DNA from: an uncultured Eubacteriales bacterium
Lineage (GTDB): Bacteria > Bacillota > Clostridia > Oscillospirales > CAG-272
Direction: 5' to 3'
Assembly: GCA_900545935.1 (NCBI GenBank)
Contig: URAP01000007.1
Span: 4,463 to 68,462, forward strand
DNA: 64,000 nt
Shown here piece by piece: positions 11,801-19,416 of this stretch. The translations under genes were made by a program, and so were the position numbers. Under the pieces are notes generated by a model that worked only from the letters and a program-made list of their open reading frames with translations, was not told the origin of the DNA and did not search any database. Positions within the stretch are counted from its first letter, which is position 1; each line of letters begins with the position of its first letter.

Positions 11801-13439
11801 GATTCCCGACGGCGCGTTTAAGAACTGTACCATGCTTGAAGAGGTTGTAGGCAGCTTTACGTCTATCGGAAACGAAGCATTCTCGGGATGTGTAAATCTT
11901 ACCAACATGAATATTCCCTCGAATGTCGTAAAGATAGGAACAGACGCATTTGTCGGGGCGAAAAGTATAAGCGTAAGGGCGGTTAACTCTTTGGCTTCTT
12001 ACACTGAGGCGGTGCAGCAATTGCCCGACGCTTCGGATGAGGAAATTAGAGCAAAGCAAAAAGAAATTACGCAGGAATTTATAAAAGCAATTCTTGACAG
12101 CGGAGCGCAGAATATTGTCCTTGATATATCGTATATTGCAGAAGGAACACCGTTGTCACTTACCGTTCCCAAGATAGAATCCATTGAAATTAACGGCGGA
12201 ACAAAGACCTATAATGATTTCCGCATCGATTCTTCAGCTGAGAATACAACCTTGAACGAGCTGACGGTAGTCGATAGCCGCGGGACACCGATAAAGGTTG
12301 ATTCCGGAAAGCTTACGCTGCGCAAGGTGTTTGTTAACAGCAATACTACTGCGGTGATTCTAAAAAGGGACGGCGCAATTTTGTCGCTCTCTCAAGACAG
12401 CGCAGTTAAAACAAACTCGAGCTATGCGATCATAGGAAAGAACCTTGTTATCGAGTCGCAGGTGACTGCAGACGGTGCATCAGGTTATCTCGGTGTGACC
12501 GGCAACCTCGGCTATGTTAACTCTGTTTCCGGCGAAGATTACATAAGTATTTCAAACGGCGATTTGATCCAAATCTCGGAGGAAGAATTCGCAAGATATA
12601 TTAAAGGGCAAAGCACCGTCAGCTTTGATGCGAACGAGGGAATTCTTGACGCTTCCGAAGCTTCGTGCAGTGTTTTTTATGGAGAAAAAATAGGAACATT
12701 GCCCGTGCCGGCTCGTGACTATCATAATTTCTTGGGATGGTTTACGGAAAAGGACGGAGGTACGAGAATCACGGAAGATGATGTGGTTACAAGAACAGAT
12801 GATATCACCTTGTATGCGCATTGGGAGCTGAAGCCGCTGTCCGGTTGGGTAAGAGCCGACAGTGTTCCGGCGGACGGAGCGGCGGTGAATCGCTACTGGA
12901 GCTTTACCGTTTCATCGACAAGCGGTGTTGATGCGGTGAAGAGGAGCGAGTGGCAGCTCGTATCTTCTTCATCACAGTGGAGTGACTACGGCGCATGGAG
13001 CTCGTGGTCAAGAAACAGCATATCCTCGAGCGATTCGCGTCAGGTTCAGACAAAAACCGTAACGGACAGAGAGGCATATACCAACTATCGTTATTGGATC
13101 TATCGGTCGAGTGACGGTTATTCCTTCGGCACCAAAAATTACAAGTCTGACAGCGGTAGAATATGCACGAAATATGATGAAATAAATCTTACGTATCCTC
13201 TTGAATCGCTTGGCTACAGAGGACTTTACGGATACTATGACAGCAGTATGTTCTCGCATTCATATGATAATAAGTGGTTCTTCGGTGAATCGACCGATGT
13301 TCCGGCAGAAACACATACGGAGTATTCTTACAGAGATCGTTCGTTGGTTTATACTTATAGCTTTGAATCAACGTATGATCCGACCGTATACGAAAATGTA
13401 AGTAATGCCGTGGAGTGGGTTCAATACAGAGTAAAATAA
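8874..13439 (+). CDS. giant secreted multidomain protein: cohesin-like module, dockerin, Cys/His modules, Flg_new repeats, Ser/Thr/Asn-rich region, BspA-type leucine-rich repeats, Trp-rich C-terminus
   Basis: Signal peptide. GETVEMNITLKNAPTVKSMSISNITFD (cohesin-like). GDMDANDKLNSNDAVYLLYYVMFG and GDMDGNGKVNSNDAVYLLYHVMFG (two dockerin Ca-loop/helix repeats). GYTFDGWYDG, YKFLGWYDNDG and NFLGWFTEKDGG (Flg_new). EISGKAFAG...IPDGAFKNC...IGNEAFSGC...IGTDAFVG (BspA LRR). Confidence 0.8.
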   Translation: MGTKKQLSTRIASFLLTMLMVITAAPVTVISAESSGTADAQLIMDGVFAMPGETVEMNITLKNAPTVKSMSISNITFDTDKMTLTDVEWICDAEIKNWNQSQGRGVLAFSENTDANGTVVKLTFEINKIVDDADVNVMCAMSLKRMDDADNEIPVPVSIISGSVTIRNAIRGDMDANDKLNSNDAVYLLYYVMFGKDDYPIRQNGDMDGNGKVNSNDAVYLLYHVMFGEEDYPLYEPCAHALQHVAAKAMTCTVDGNIEYWSCTKCGKCFSDDAAENEVSHESTILKAAHNEIVKEAVPATSTSEGYTEGIWCDRCNTWLSGHERIEPIKPNTRSITYNIVNEAKHPYLKTLQIDVSALDFSYVPGETKVLKNLDLGKYGYTFDGWYDGFGDGAAQIKEIPASATENIELYAHVTEMVYDITYNLYQTPVTSAPSSAQQHYTVSKGNSNLYNPEINNYKFLGWYDNDGTEYKTIPIGTTGNITLNAYYTSLRNLAVSKNDSNPIILEDQNTNVVYFTYEIGEIRNIPLNADKPFWEIQSVAGLSQQVSETYTTSITNSEAENVSKTISDMTSNSSTWTLSENWNDVTTVNETWAKSIGKTTEECKTEATTSSGTLSVSAQNGGSTYHKTEDGSTVYDYDTKTVTNDKGHQFDASLSGNYTNKTEVSLGASSEYGATDSYGYTSKSKDNEYNHSASGSDKDAVSSGIRHENGFEFNGGLKYGYHNNTNTVTKTGTDKVTVNSEIDENTSSWNYAGAFTSTQQHSTSQTVRNALSDIVTTTKGYGNSYSKGGSDTKTQGFSSTASNTTGTSSSVTYSKLESKTTTSTYSVDGRIEGKYRSILVGKAHVFAVVGYDYAAKSYFTYTFSVMDDNVKEFLDYTPKGGSFDDCEYSCLPFEIPYDVFEYVSGRTSKTTGVQYITDSLNGTAKVTGYVGESTDVIIPSYVSDGKQAYKVTEISGKAFAGKSVRSVSLGEFITEIPDGAFKNCTMLEEVVGSFTSIGNEAFSGCVNLTNMNIPSNVVKIGTDAFVGAKSISVRAVNSLASYTEAVQQLPDASDEEIRAKQKEITQEFIKAILDSGAQNIVLDISYIAEGTPLSLTVPKIESIEINGGTKTYNDFRIDSSAENTTLNELTVVDSRGTPIKVDSGKLTLRKVFVNSNTTAVILKRDGAILSLSQDSAVKTNSSYAIIGKNLVIESQVTADGASGYLGVTGNLGYVNSVSGEDYISISNGDLIQISEEEFARYIKGQSTVSFDANEGILDASEASCSVFYGEKIGTLPVPARDYHNFLGWFTEKDGGTRITEDDVVTRTDDITLYAHWELKPLSGWVRADSVPADGAAVNRYWSFTVSSTSGVDAVKRSEWQLVSSSSQWSDYGAWSSWSRNSISSSDSRQVQTKTVTDREAYTNYRYWIYRSSDGYSFGTKNYKSDSGRICTKYDEINLTYPLESLGYRGLYGYYDSSMFSHSYDNKWFFGESTDVPAETHTEYSYRDRSLVYTYSFESTYDPTVYENVSNAVEWVQYRVK

Positions 13440-13466
13440 TCGTATAACCGAAGCTTAGGTTATGCA

Positions 13467-13503
13467 GCGGGGTGCGCGGGAAACCGAGCGCCCCGCATTT
13501 TTT
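13467..13503 (+). terminator. intrinsic terminator after the giant-protein operon
   Basis: GCGGGGTGCGC...GCGCCCCGC hairpin followed by A-T6. Confidence 0.7.
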
Positions 13504-13588
13504 GTGTCCGAATTCAATGCGGCGATACATTTTGCGCGAGTTCGGGGCGTAAAAAAGTGCCGAAATTTCGGCAAATGACAAAATAGTG

Positions 13589-13617
13589 TTTACAATTTGA
13601 CAAATATGTGTTAAAAT
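13589..13617 (+). promoter_or_regulatory. sigma-A type promoter
   Basis: TTTACA, 17 nt spacer, TGt-TAAAAT. Confidence 0.55.
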
Positions 13618-13702
13618 ACCCTTGTTACATTAGCGAGAAAGATTGCTTTATATCATAAATACTACGGCGCTGCGCGCCGCGCGGCGGTGAAAGGAAATAA
13701 AA

Positions 13703-14452
13703 ATGAAGGCTATAATCATGGCAGGCGGCAAGGGAACGAGACTGTACGATAATGAACATCCCTGCCCGAAGGTACTCCGCGAGGCTTGCGGAAGACCGCT
13801 TATCTCTTATGTGTTCGATTCCATTGATTTTATTCCCGACGAGGATATTACCGTTGTTGTAGGCTTTATGGCTGACGAGGTAAAGGCGGCATTCCCGGAG
13901 CGCAACTATGCGCTGCAGGGTCAGGACGGCTACGGCACGGGCTATGCGGTCCGCTGCGCGATAGAGCAGTCGGGGCTTAAGGATTACAAGGGTGATGTTG
14001 TCATTCTCAGCGGCGATGTTCCGTGTATCAAGCGCGAGACGGTCGAGCAGCTCTGCCATGAGCACGAGGCAAGCGGCAACAGCTGCACAATGCTGACCTG
14101 CGTCAGCGAGAGGGCGCTGCCGTTCGGCAGGATCATCCGCGATGCGGACGGCAACATCACAGGTATACGCGAGCACAAGGATTGTACACCCGAGGAGAGG
14201 GCAATAAAGGAGCTGAACGTCGGTCTGTATGTATTCCGCTGCGACCGATTGGTAGACGCTCTCGGAAAGATAAATGCCGACAACGCGGCGGGCGAATACT
14301 ATCTGACCGATGTGCCGAAGATAATGCTCGAGTGCGGCGATAAGGTCGGCTCGGCAACCACCACCGACGAGCGCGAGCTGCTCGGTGTAAATACGCCCGA
14401 CGATCTTGCGACCGTTGAGGCTATAATTCGTGCTGAACAAAAGAATAACTGA
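13703..14452 (+). CDS. sugar-1-phosphate nucleotidyltransferase, similar to the GlmU N-terminal domain, without the acetyltransferase LbH domain
   Basis: MKAIIMAGGKGTRL, LSGDVPCI and EYYLTDVP motifs. Only 249 aa. Confidence 0.75.
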   Translation: MKAIIMAGGKGTRLYDNEHPCPKVLREACGRPLISYVFDSIDFIPDEDITVVVGFMADEVKAAFPERNYALQGQDGYGTGYAVRCAIEQSGLKDYKGDVVILSGDVPCIKRETVEQLCHEHEASGNSCTMLTCVSERALPFGRIIRDADGNITGIREHKDCTPEERAIKELNVGLYVFRCDRLVDALGKINADNAAGEYYLTDVPKIMLECGDKVGSATTTDERELLGVNTPDDLATVEAIIRAEQKNN

Positions 14453-14469
14453 AAAGGTCTGAATTATAA

Positions 14470-15528
14470 ATGCTTGATAAGATGCCCGCACCCACCTTCC
14501 GCACTGCGGTCGGCGGGTATAACAAGGACGATATAAATAATTATATAAGAGAGACAAACGCGAGCTTTCTCGCGTCCTCAAAAGAACATGAGGACCGCAT
14601 ACACGACCTGAGTACGGCGGTCGCCGAGCGTGACCGCTTGATTGCGGAGCTGAAGGAAAAGCTCGCGGCGGTCGACGACGCGGAGATAACGGATCTCAGA
14701 CGGCAGAACAGCGTACTGTCCGAGTCTTTGACAGAGGCTCGCAGTGAGAATACTCGCAGCGCGAATATGATCAACTCGCTGAGGCAGGAGCTTACGGAGC
14801 TGCGCTCGGCGGAGGCGCAAATCGGCGCAGAGAATGAGTCGGTACCCGGGGAGAAGCAAAAGGCCGAGGCATATGACAAGGTATCCGCTCAGATAGGCAG
14901 GATATTGCTCGATGCGCGCGAGAATGCCGAGTCGGTCGTTGCAGCCGCTCAGAACGAGGCTGAGGCTATACGCGCTGAAGCTCGTGATGAGCTTGCGCGC
15001 GCACGTGACGATGCCGACGGGCTTCGCCGTGATGCCGAGGAGGACTGCCGCAGGACGCAGGAAAAGCTCCGCAATGTCGGTGCGGCATTCGGCTGCTCGG
15101 TAGACGATATGGCTAAGCGCATAGAGCGCGAGGTCGGCTTGGTCATAGGCAATGTCTGCGGTATGCTTCGCAGCGCTGTCAACGGGGCAGACGAGGAGAT
15201 AAGCGAGCTGTCGCACAGGCTCGGCACCGAATGCGAAAATCTGCTCGACTCGGCTCTTCGCAGCGCAAAGCACGATGTGGCTAATGCGACCGGAATACCC
15301 GCAGAAGAGCTTCATGCTATACGCAGAGGTGATTCGCGTGAGGACAGAGTACGCGGCGACAGACGGGAGGACAGAGTGCGCGATGCTGCACGAAACGACT
15401 TGCAGCGAAGCATGCCGTCCCGTGAGGACAGAGCGCGCGCAGAGGCGAGGCGCGAGGAGCAGAGAAGAACCGTGCAGCGGCAGGAACCCGGCTTTCGCAG
15501 CGTATTTTCACAGCGAGAAAAGAAGTAA
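14470..15528 (+). CDS. DivIVA-domain-like coiled-coil protein
   Basis: The N-terminus (FRTAVGGYNKDDINNYI) resembles the DivIVA N-terminal motif. It is followed by a long Glu/Arg/Ala-rich predicted coiled coil and REDRVR repeats. Confidence 0.5.
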   Translation: MLDKMPAPTFRTAVGGYNKDDINNYIRETNASFLASSKEHEDRIHDLSTAVAERDRLIAELKEKLAAVDDAEITDLRRQNSVLSESLTEARSENTRSANMINSLRQELTELRSAEAQIGAENESVPGEKQKAEAYDKVSAQIGRILLDARENAESVVAAAQNEAEAIRAEARDELARARDDADGLRRDAEEDCRRTQEKLRNVGAAFGCSVDDMAKRIEREVGLVIGNVCGMLRSAVNGADEEISELSHRLGTECENLLDSALRSAKHDVANATGIPAEELHAIRRGDSREDRVRGDRREDRVRDAARNDLQRSMPSREDRARAEARREEQRRTVQRQEPGFRSVFSQREKK

Positions 15529-15673
15529 GCGTAAATCACAACGCAAATAGATATTGCGCCGGGGCGGGCGGCACCGAAAGCCAAACGAATCTTGTGACAA
15601 CATGCGGCATTTCTATCTCATTATTGATTATCAATGCCGCAGATATGAATCTTAACGAATAAATACAGACAAT

Positions 15674-15708
15674 GGAGACTTTTCGGTTTTGTAAAGTCTC
15701 CATATTTT
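15674..15708 (+). terminator. intrinsic terminator
   Basis: GGAGACTTT-tcggttttgt-AAAGTCTCC followed by ATATTTT. A second 9-bp hairpin, TGCGGCATT/AATGCCGCA, lies at 15603-15641. Confidence 0.6.
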
Positions 15709-15876
15709 GACTTGCGGCGAAAATACCGATGTATTTGCAAGCCGACATCAGAGATCGTCCGATTAAAGTATGCGGATGAAATGCGAATGATATGATGGGG
15801 CTTGCGTTTGGAGCGTGTTTTTTTACTCGGACTCTGCCGCACATGATACAAGGCAAAACGAAAGGAGGAAGCGCCG

Positions 15877-18504
15877 ATGGCAGATAGAAAAGAAAAATCT
15901 GCGGAAAAGAAAAAATCTGTGGACGAGCATTATGAGACCAACGACTCGCGCCCGTGCGAATCATCGGACGACAAGTCGACCGATAAGGCGAAAAAGGCTT
16001 CCCCCGAACGGATGGAATATGTACCGAGTGCGCGCGATCTTGAGGTGTATGCAGCGCTGTACCGATATGAAGCGGACGGCGGAACGGTTGAAAAAATCGG
16101 GTTCGATTCGACCGAAGCCTTTGGAAGTAATTCAAAAATCGGCATAGAGCTCAACGGCATTGCCGGAGACGATGCGGACAGACGGTCGAAGCGGGCAGGC
16201 GGTATGACCGTGCCTGACACAAGCGTGGCTGACGCGAACGCTCTTATATACTGCGCCGAGCTCGACCGCTCGCCGGAGGGTATGATATCCGAATGCCGCG
16301 TTTTTGTTCTTCCGGACAGCATAGACGTTGTTATGTACACGGTTCGTCTCGGCAGAGCAGAGCGGATAACCGGCAGCAGACTTCCGGCGCGCGCTCTGCG
16401 TCGGTTTATCGGTCTTATGCCGTGGGAGCGAAGGCTCCCGGGACACCGTATTGATATTACGGCGGTGACGCGCATATCCCGTGTGGGACTCGGCGGCTTT
16501 CGCGTAGAGGAGCTTCCGGGAGGACTGCGGATAGTGGCGGAGCGCGGAGGCGACGGAATAACGCTTGCGCGCATGTCGCTTGACCGCAGAAGCTCGGGTG
16601 ATGCGCTTGTTCGCGTGCTCGCATCTTTGACCGAGTGCGGCGAACTGCCGGAGCGAGAGGCGTCCGACGGTGAGGTCAAAAACATCTGTCCTCGCTGCGG
16701 TGCCGCTATGAGCGGAAATCCTCCGCGCTGCTCCCGCTGTGCGAGACCGACGAGCATTATGCATCGCTTCCTTGCACTTATGAAGCGATACCGCGCAAGA
16801 ATGGCGCTTATCGTTCTGTTTATGGTCATAAGCTCGGCACTCGGTGTGCTTACTCCTTACATTACTTCCGGCTTTTATGTCGACGAGGTGCTGACCGAGG
16901 GCGGCAGCTTTTTCGGTTCGATAGGGCTTGTGCTGCTGCTCAGCGTCGGAACAAAGCTCCTTTCCACCGTTAATTCTATCGTAAGCGCACTCGTTAGCTG
17001 CAAGATGTCAGCCGACTTTATATATGAACTGAAGAAAGAGGTCTTTTCCTCATTTGAGCGGCTGTCGGTGGCGTTTTTTACCGGACGGCAGACCGGCGGT
17101 CTGATGCAGATGGTCGACGGCGATACAGGGACTATATATTGGCTGTTCGGCGACGGACTGCCGTATCTGCTTGTAAATCTTGCGCAGGTCTTTGTAATAT
17201 TTATTATAATGCTGTGCATCAGCGTGCCTCTGACGCTGCTGACGGTCGCCGTTATCCCGGTCGCTGTGCTGCTGTGGAGGCTCGCCTATTCAAAGATGCG
17301 CTCGTATAATGCTCGCCGCTTTTCCGCAGACAGAACGCTTAAGGCGCTGCTCTCCGACGTTTTCGGAGGAATGCGCGTTGTCAAGACCTTTGCCAAGGAG
17401 CAGGAGGAGAATGCCCGCTTCGAGGGCGTGAGTCAGGCTCAGGCGGATGCCGATCTGCATGCATCGGTGTTCTTCTCTGCTGCGTTTCCGCTTGCGACGG
17501 TGATACTTTCGCTCAGCGTTGCGGCGGCATGGGCGGTAGGTGGACTGTACGTTATGCATGGGGAGCTTTCCTACGGTCAGTTTTATACATTCATTACCTA
17601 TGTCGGAATGGTCCACGCACCTATCCAATATTTCTACAACATGATATACGCAATGTCCGACTCGCTCAATGCAATGTCTCGCATTACCGATATTCTTGAT
17701 GCCGAGCCGGACGTTGTAGAGGCAGAGCATCCTATATCCATGCCCGCGCCGCGGGGAGATGTGGTGTTTGACGGAGTGGGGTTTTCGTATGACGGAGTTC
17801 ACCGTGTGCTCGAGGATGTCTCATTTCGCGTCCCTGCCGGCGAAACTCTCGGCATAGTCGGATATACCGGCGCGGGAAAATCAACGCTTGTGAACCTTCT
17901 CATGCGCTTGTACGACCCGACTGCGGGCAGTATAAGCATTGACGGCGTGCCGATATCTCAGGTATGTATGGCGGACCTGAGGGAGAATATAGCGATCGTC
18001 TCGCAGGAAACGTACCTCTTCGTCGGCAGCATTTATGACAATATCGCCTATGCCCGCCCGGAGGCGAGCCGTGCAGAGGTCATCAATGCGGCAAGACTCG
18101 CGGGAGCACATGAATTTATCATGCGTTTGCCGGATGCTTATCAGACGAGGATAGGCCGCGGAAACAAGGATCTCTCCGGCGGCGAGCGTCAGCGGATATC
18201 CATTGCCCGCGCGCTGCTGCGCGACCCGAAGATACTCATAATGGATGAGGCAACCGCTGCGATGGATACGCACACGGAGCGGCTGATACAGCGCGCTATA
18301 AGCGGCGTTACGCGCGGCAGAACAACGATAATTATCGCGCACAGACTGTCTACGCTCCGCGATGCGGACAGTATAATAGTCGTCGACGGCGGCAGGATTC
18401 CGGAGCGGGGAACGCATGAGGAGCTGCTCGCGCTCGACGGAATATATGCAAAGCTGTATAAGCTCCAGCTCGAGGCGCTTAAAAATATCGGTGTAGAGGG
18501 CTGA
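15877..18504 (+). CDS. ABC exporter fused permease/ATPase (MsbA/type I exporter fold) with a ~300 aa N-terminal extension ending in a zinc ribbon
   Basis: GYTGAGKST (Walker A), LSGGERQRISIARALL (signature) and ILIMDEATAAMD (Walker B). Six-TM region from about aa 305. CPRCGAAMSGNPPRCSRC lies just before TM1. Confidence 0.85.
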   Translation: MADRKEKSAEKKKSVDEHYETNDSRPCESSDDKSTDKAKKASPERMEYVPSARDLEVYAALYRYEADGGTVEKIGFDSTEAFGSNSKIGIELNGIAGDDADRRSKRAGGMTVPDTSVADANALIYCAELDRSPEGMISECRVFVLPDSIDVVMYTVRLGRAERITGSRLPARALRRFIGLMPWERRLPGHRIDITAVTRISRVGLGGFRVEELPGGLRIVAERGGDGITLARMSLDRRSSGDALVRVLASLTECGELPEREASDGEVKNICPRCGAAMSGNPPRCSRCARPTSIMHRFLALMKRYRARMALIVLFMVISSALGVLTPYITSGFYVDEVLTEGGSFFGSIGLVLLLSVGTKLLSTVNSIVSALVSCKMSADFIYELKKEVFSSFERLSVAFFTGRQTGGLMQMVDGDTGTIYWLFGDGLPYLLVNLAQVFVIFIIMLCISVPLTLLTVAVIPVAVLLWRLAYSKMRSYNARRFSADRTLKALLSDVFGGMRVVKTFAKEQEENARFEGVSQAQADADLHASVFFSAAFPLATVILSLSVAAAWAVGGLYVMHGELSYGQFYTFITYVGMVHAPIQYFYNMIYAMSDSLNAMSRITDILDAEPDVVEAEHPISMPAPRGDVVFDGVGFSYDGVHRVLEDVSFRVPAGETLGIVGYTGAGKSTLVNLLMRLYDPTAGSISIDGVPISQVCMADLRENIAIVSQETYLFVGSIYDNIAYARPEASRAEVINAARLAGAHEFIMRLPDAYQTRIGRGNKDLSGGERQRISIARALLRDPKILIMDEATAAMDTHTERLIQRAISGVTRGRTTIIIAHRLSTLRDADSIIVVDGGRIPERGTHEELLALDGIYAKLYKLQLEALKNIGVEG

Positions 18505-18580
18505 CTGCTGTTAAGCGGAGCTGTGTATATTGTGCTATGTGAATGCGCGGATATGACGAAAATGAAAGGAGACGGCGAAA

Positions 18581-19279
18581 ATGGATGAGAAAAAAAGCAC
18601 CGCGGCTTCGACGGAAGGTATGACGGATAATAAGTCGGCAGCTCCGATCGAAAAAATGACAGAAAATATATCCGAGCGGGATGTGATGACCGATGCGGAG
18701 ACGCTCGACGATATTTCCGGTATGATAGAGCTCGGCTCCGATAACGCTCATTTTTCACGGCGAGGGGATTTTCTCGCGCTCGAGCTTGATACGGCGACGG
18801 CTGAACGCATAGCGCGCAGGCGGGCGGCAAATGCAATGCCGGGTGCCGAGGAAAGCTTCTCGGCAGAGGAGCTTCGCCGCTATGACAGAGTCTCGCTGCG
18901 CAGAGCATTTCCGTTCGATGTGCCGGATTCGTATATCTCGGTATTCGATGCGGACGGCATCGAGATAGGTATGGTGGCAGAGCTTTCGGAGCTTGAACCG
19001 GATCAGTCTGCGCTCCTGCGCGCCGAGCTTGATGTTGTCTATTATATGCCGCATGTACGCAGGATCGGCGGTATAGCGAACAAGCGCGGTATGCAGCTAT
19101 GGCGGCTCGATACCGATGCCGGTGAGATCGAGATATCCGTGCGCGACGCAACGAGCAGCCTGATCAAGACCTCCGGCGGCGGAGTGATAATTCTCGACCA
19201 GAGCGGAAACAGATATGAGATAAAGGATATTGCCGCACTCGACAGCGCAAGTCGGAGACGACTCGATCAGTGCATATAA
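18581..19279 (+). CDS. ABC-transporter-associated protein of unknown function (recalls DUF1854)
   Basis: 232 aa soluble protein between the two ABC genes (RRAFPFDVPDSYISVFDADGIEIGMVAELSEL...VVYYMPHVRRI). The family assignment is from memory of DUF1854 and is unverified. Confidence 0.5.
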   Translation: MDEKKSTAASTEGMTDNKSAAPIEKMTENISERDVMTDAETLDDISGMIELGSDNAHFSRRGDFLALELDTATAERIARRRAANAMPGAEESFSAEELRRYDRVSLRRAFPFDVPDSYISVFDADGIEIGMVAELSELEPDQSALLRAELDVVYYMPHVRRIGGIANKRGMQLWRLDTDAGEIEISVRDATSSLIKTSGGGVIILDQSGNRYEIKDIAALDSASRRRLDQCI

Positions 19280-19416
19280 TATGCAGCGACGGCGCAGCGG
19301 CGCAGTGATGAGTGTCAGGCGCAGCGGCGTTCGATAACCGAGCGGCACCGTCAGTGCCAAGCTATGCCGTACTCGCGGCAGATCGGTATTAATGACAAAA
19401 GAAAGGGGGAGCGGCT

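Noticed and set aside
15621-15851. 76-aa minus-strand ORF in the DivIVA-ABC intergenic region
   Set aside because: It is highly basic and low-complexity, has no RBS, and spans two terminator-like hairpins. It is probably non-coding.
16095-16125. tRNA-like GGTTCGATTCG T-loop motif
   Set aside because: It lies inside the ABC transporter N-terminal coding region, and no acceptor, D or anticodon stems can be drawn around it.
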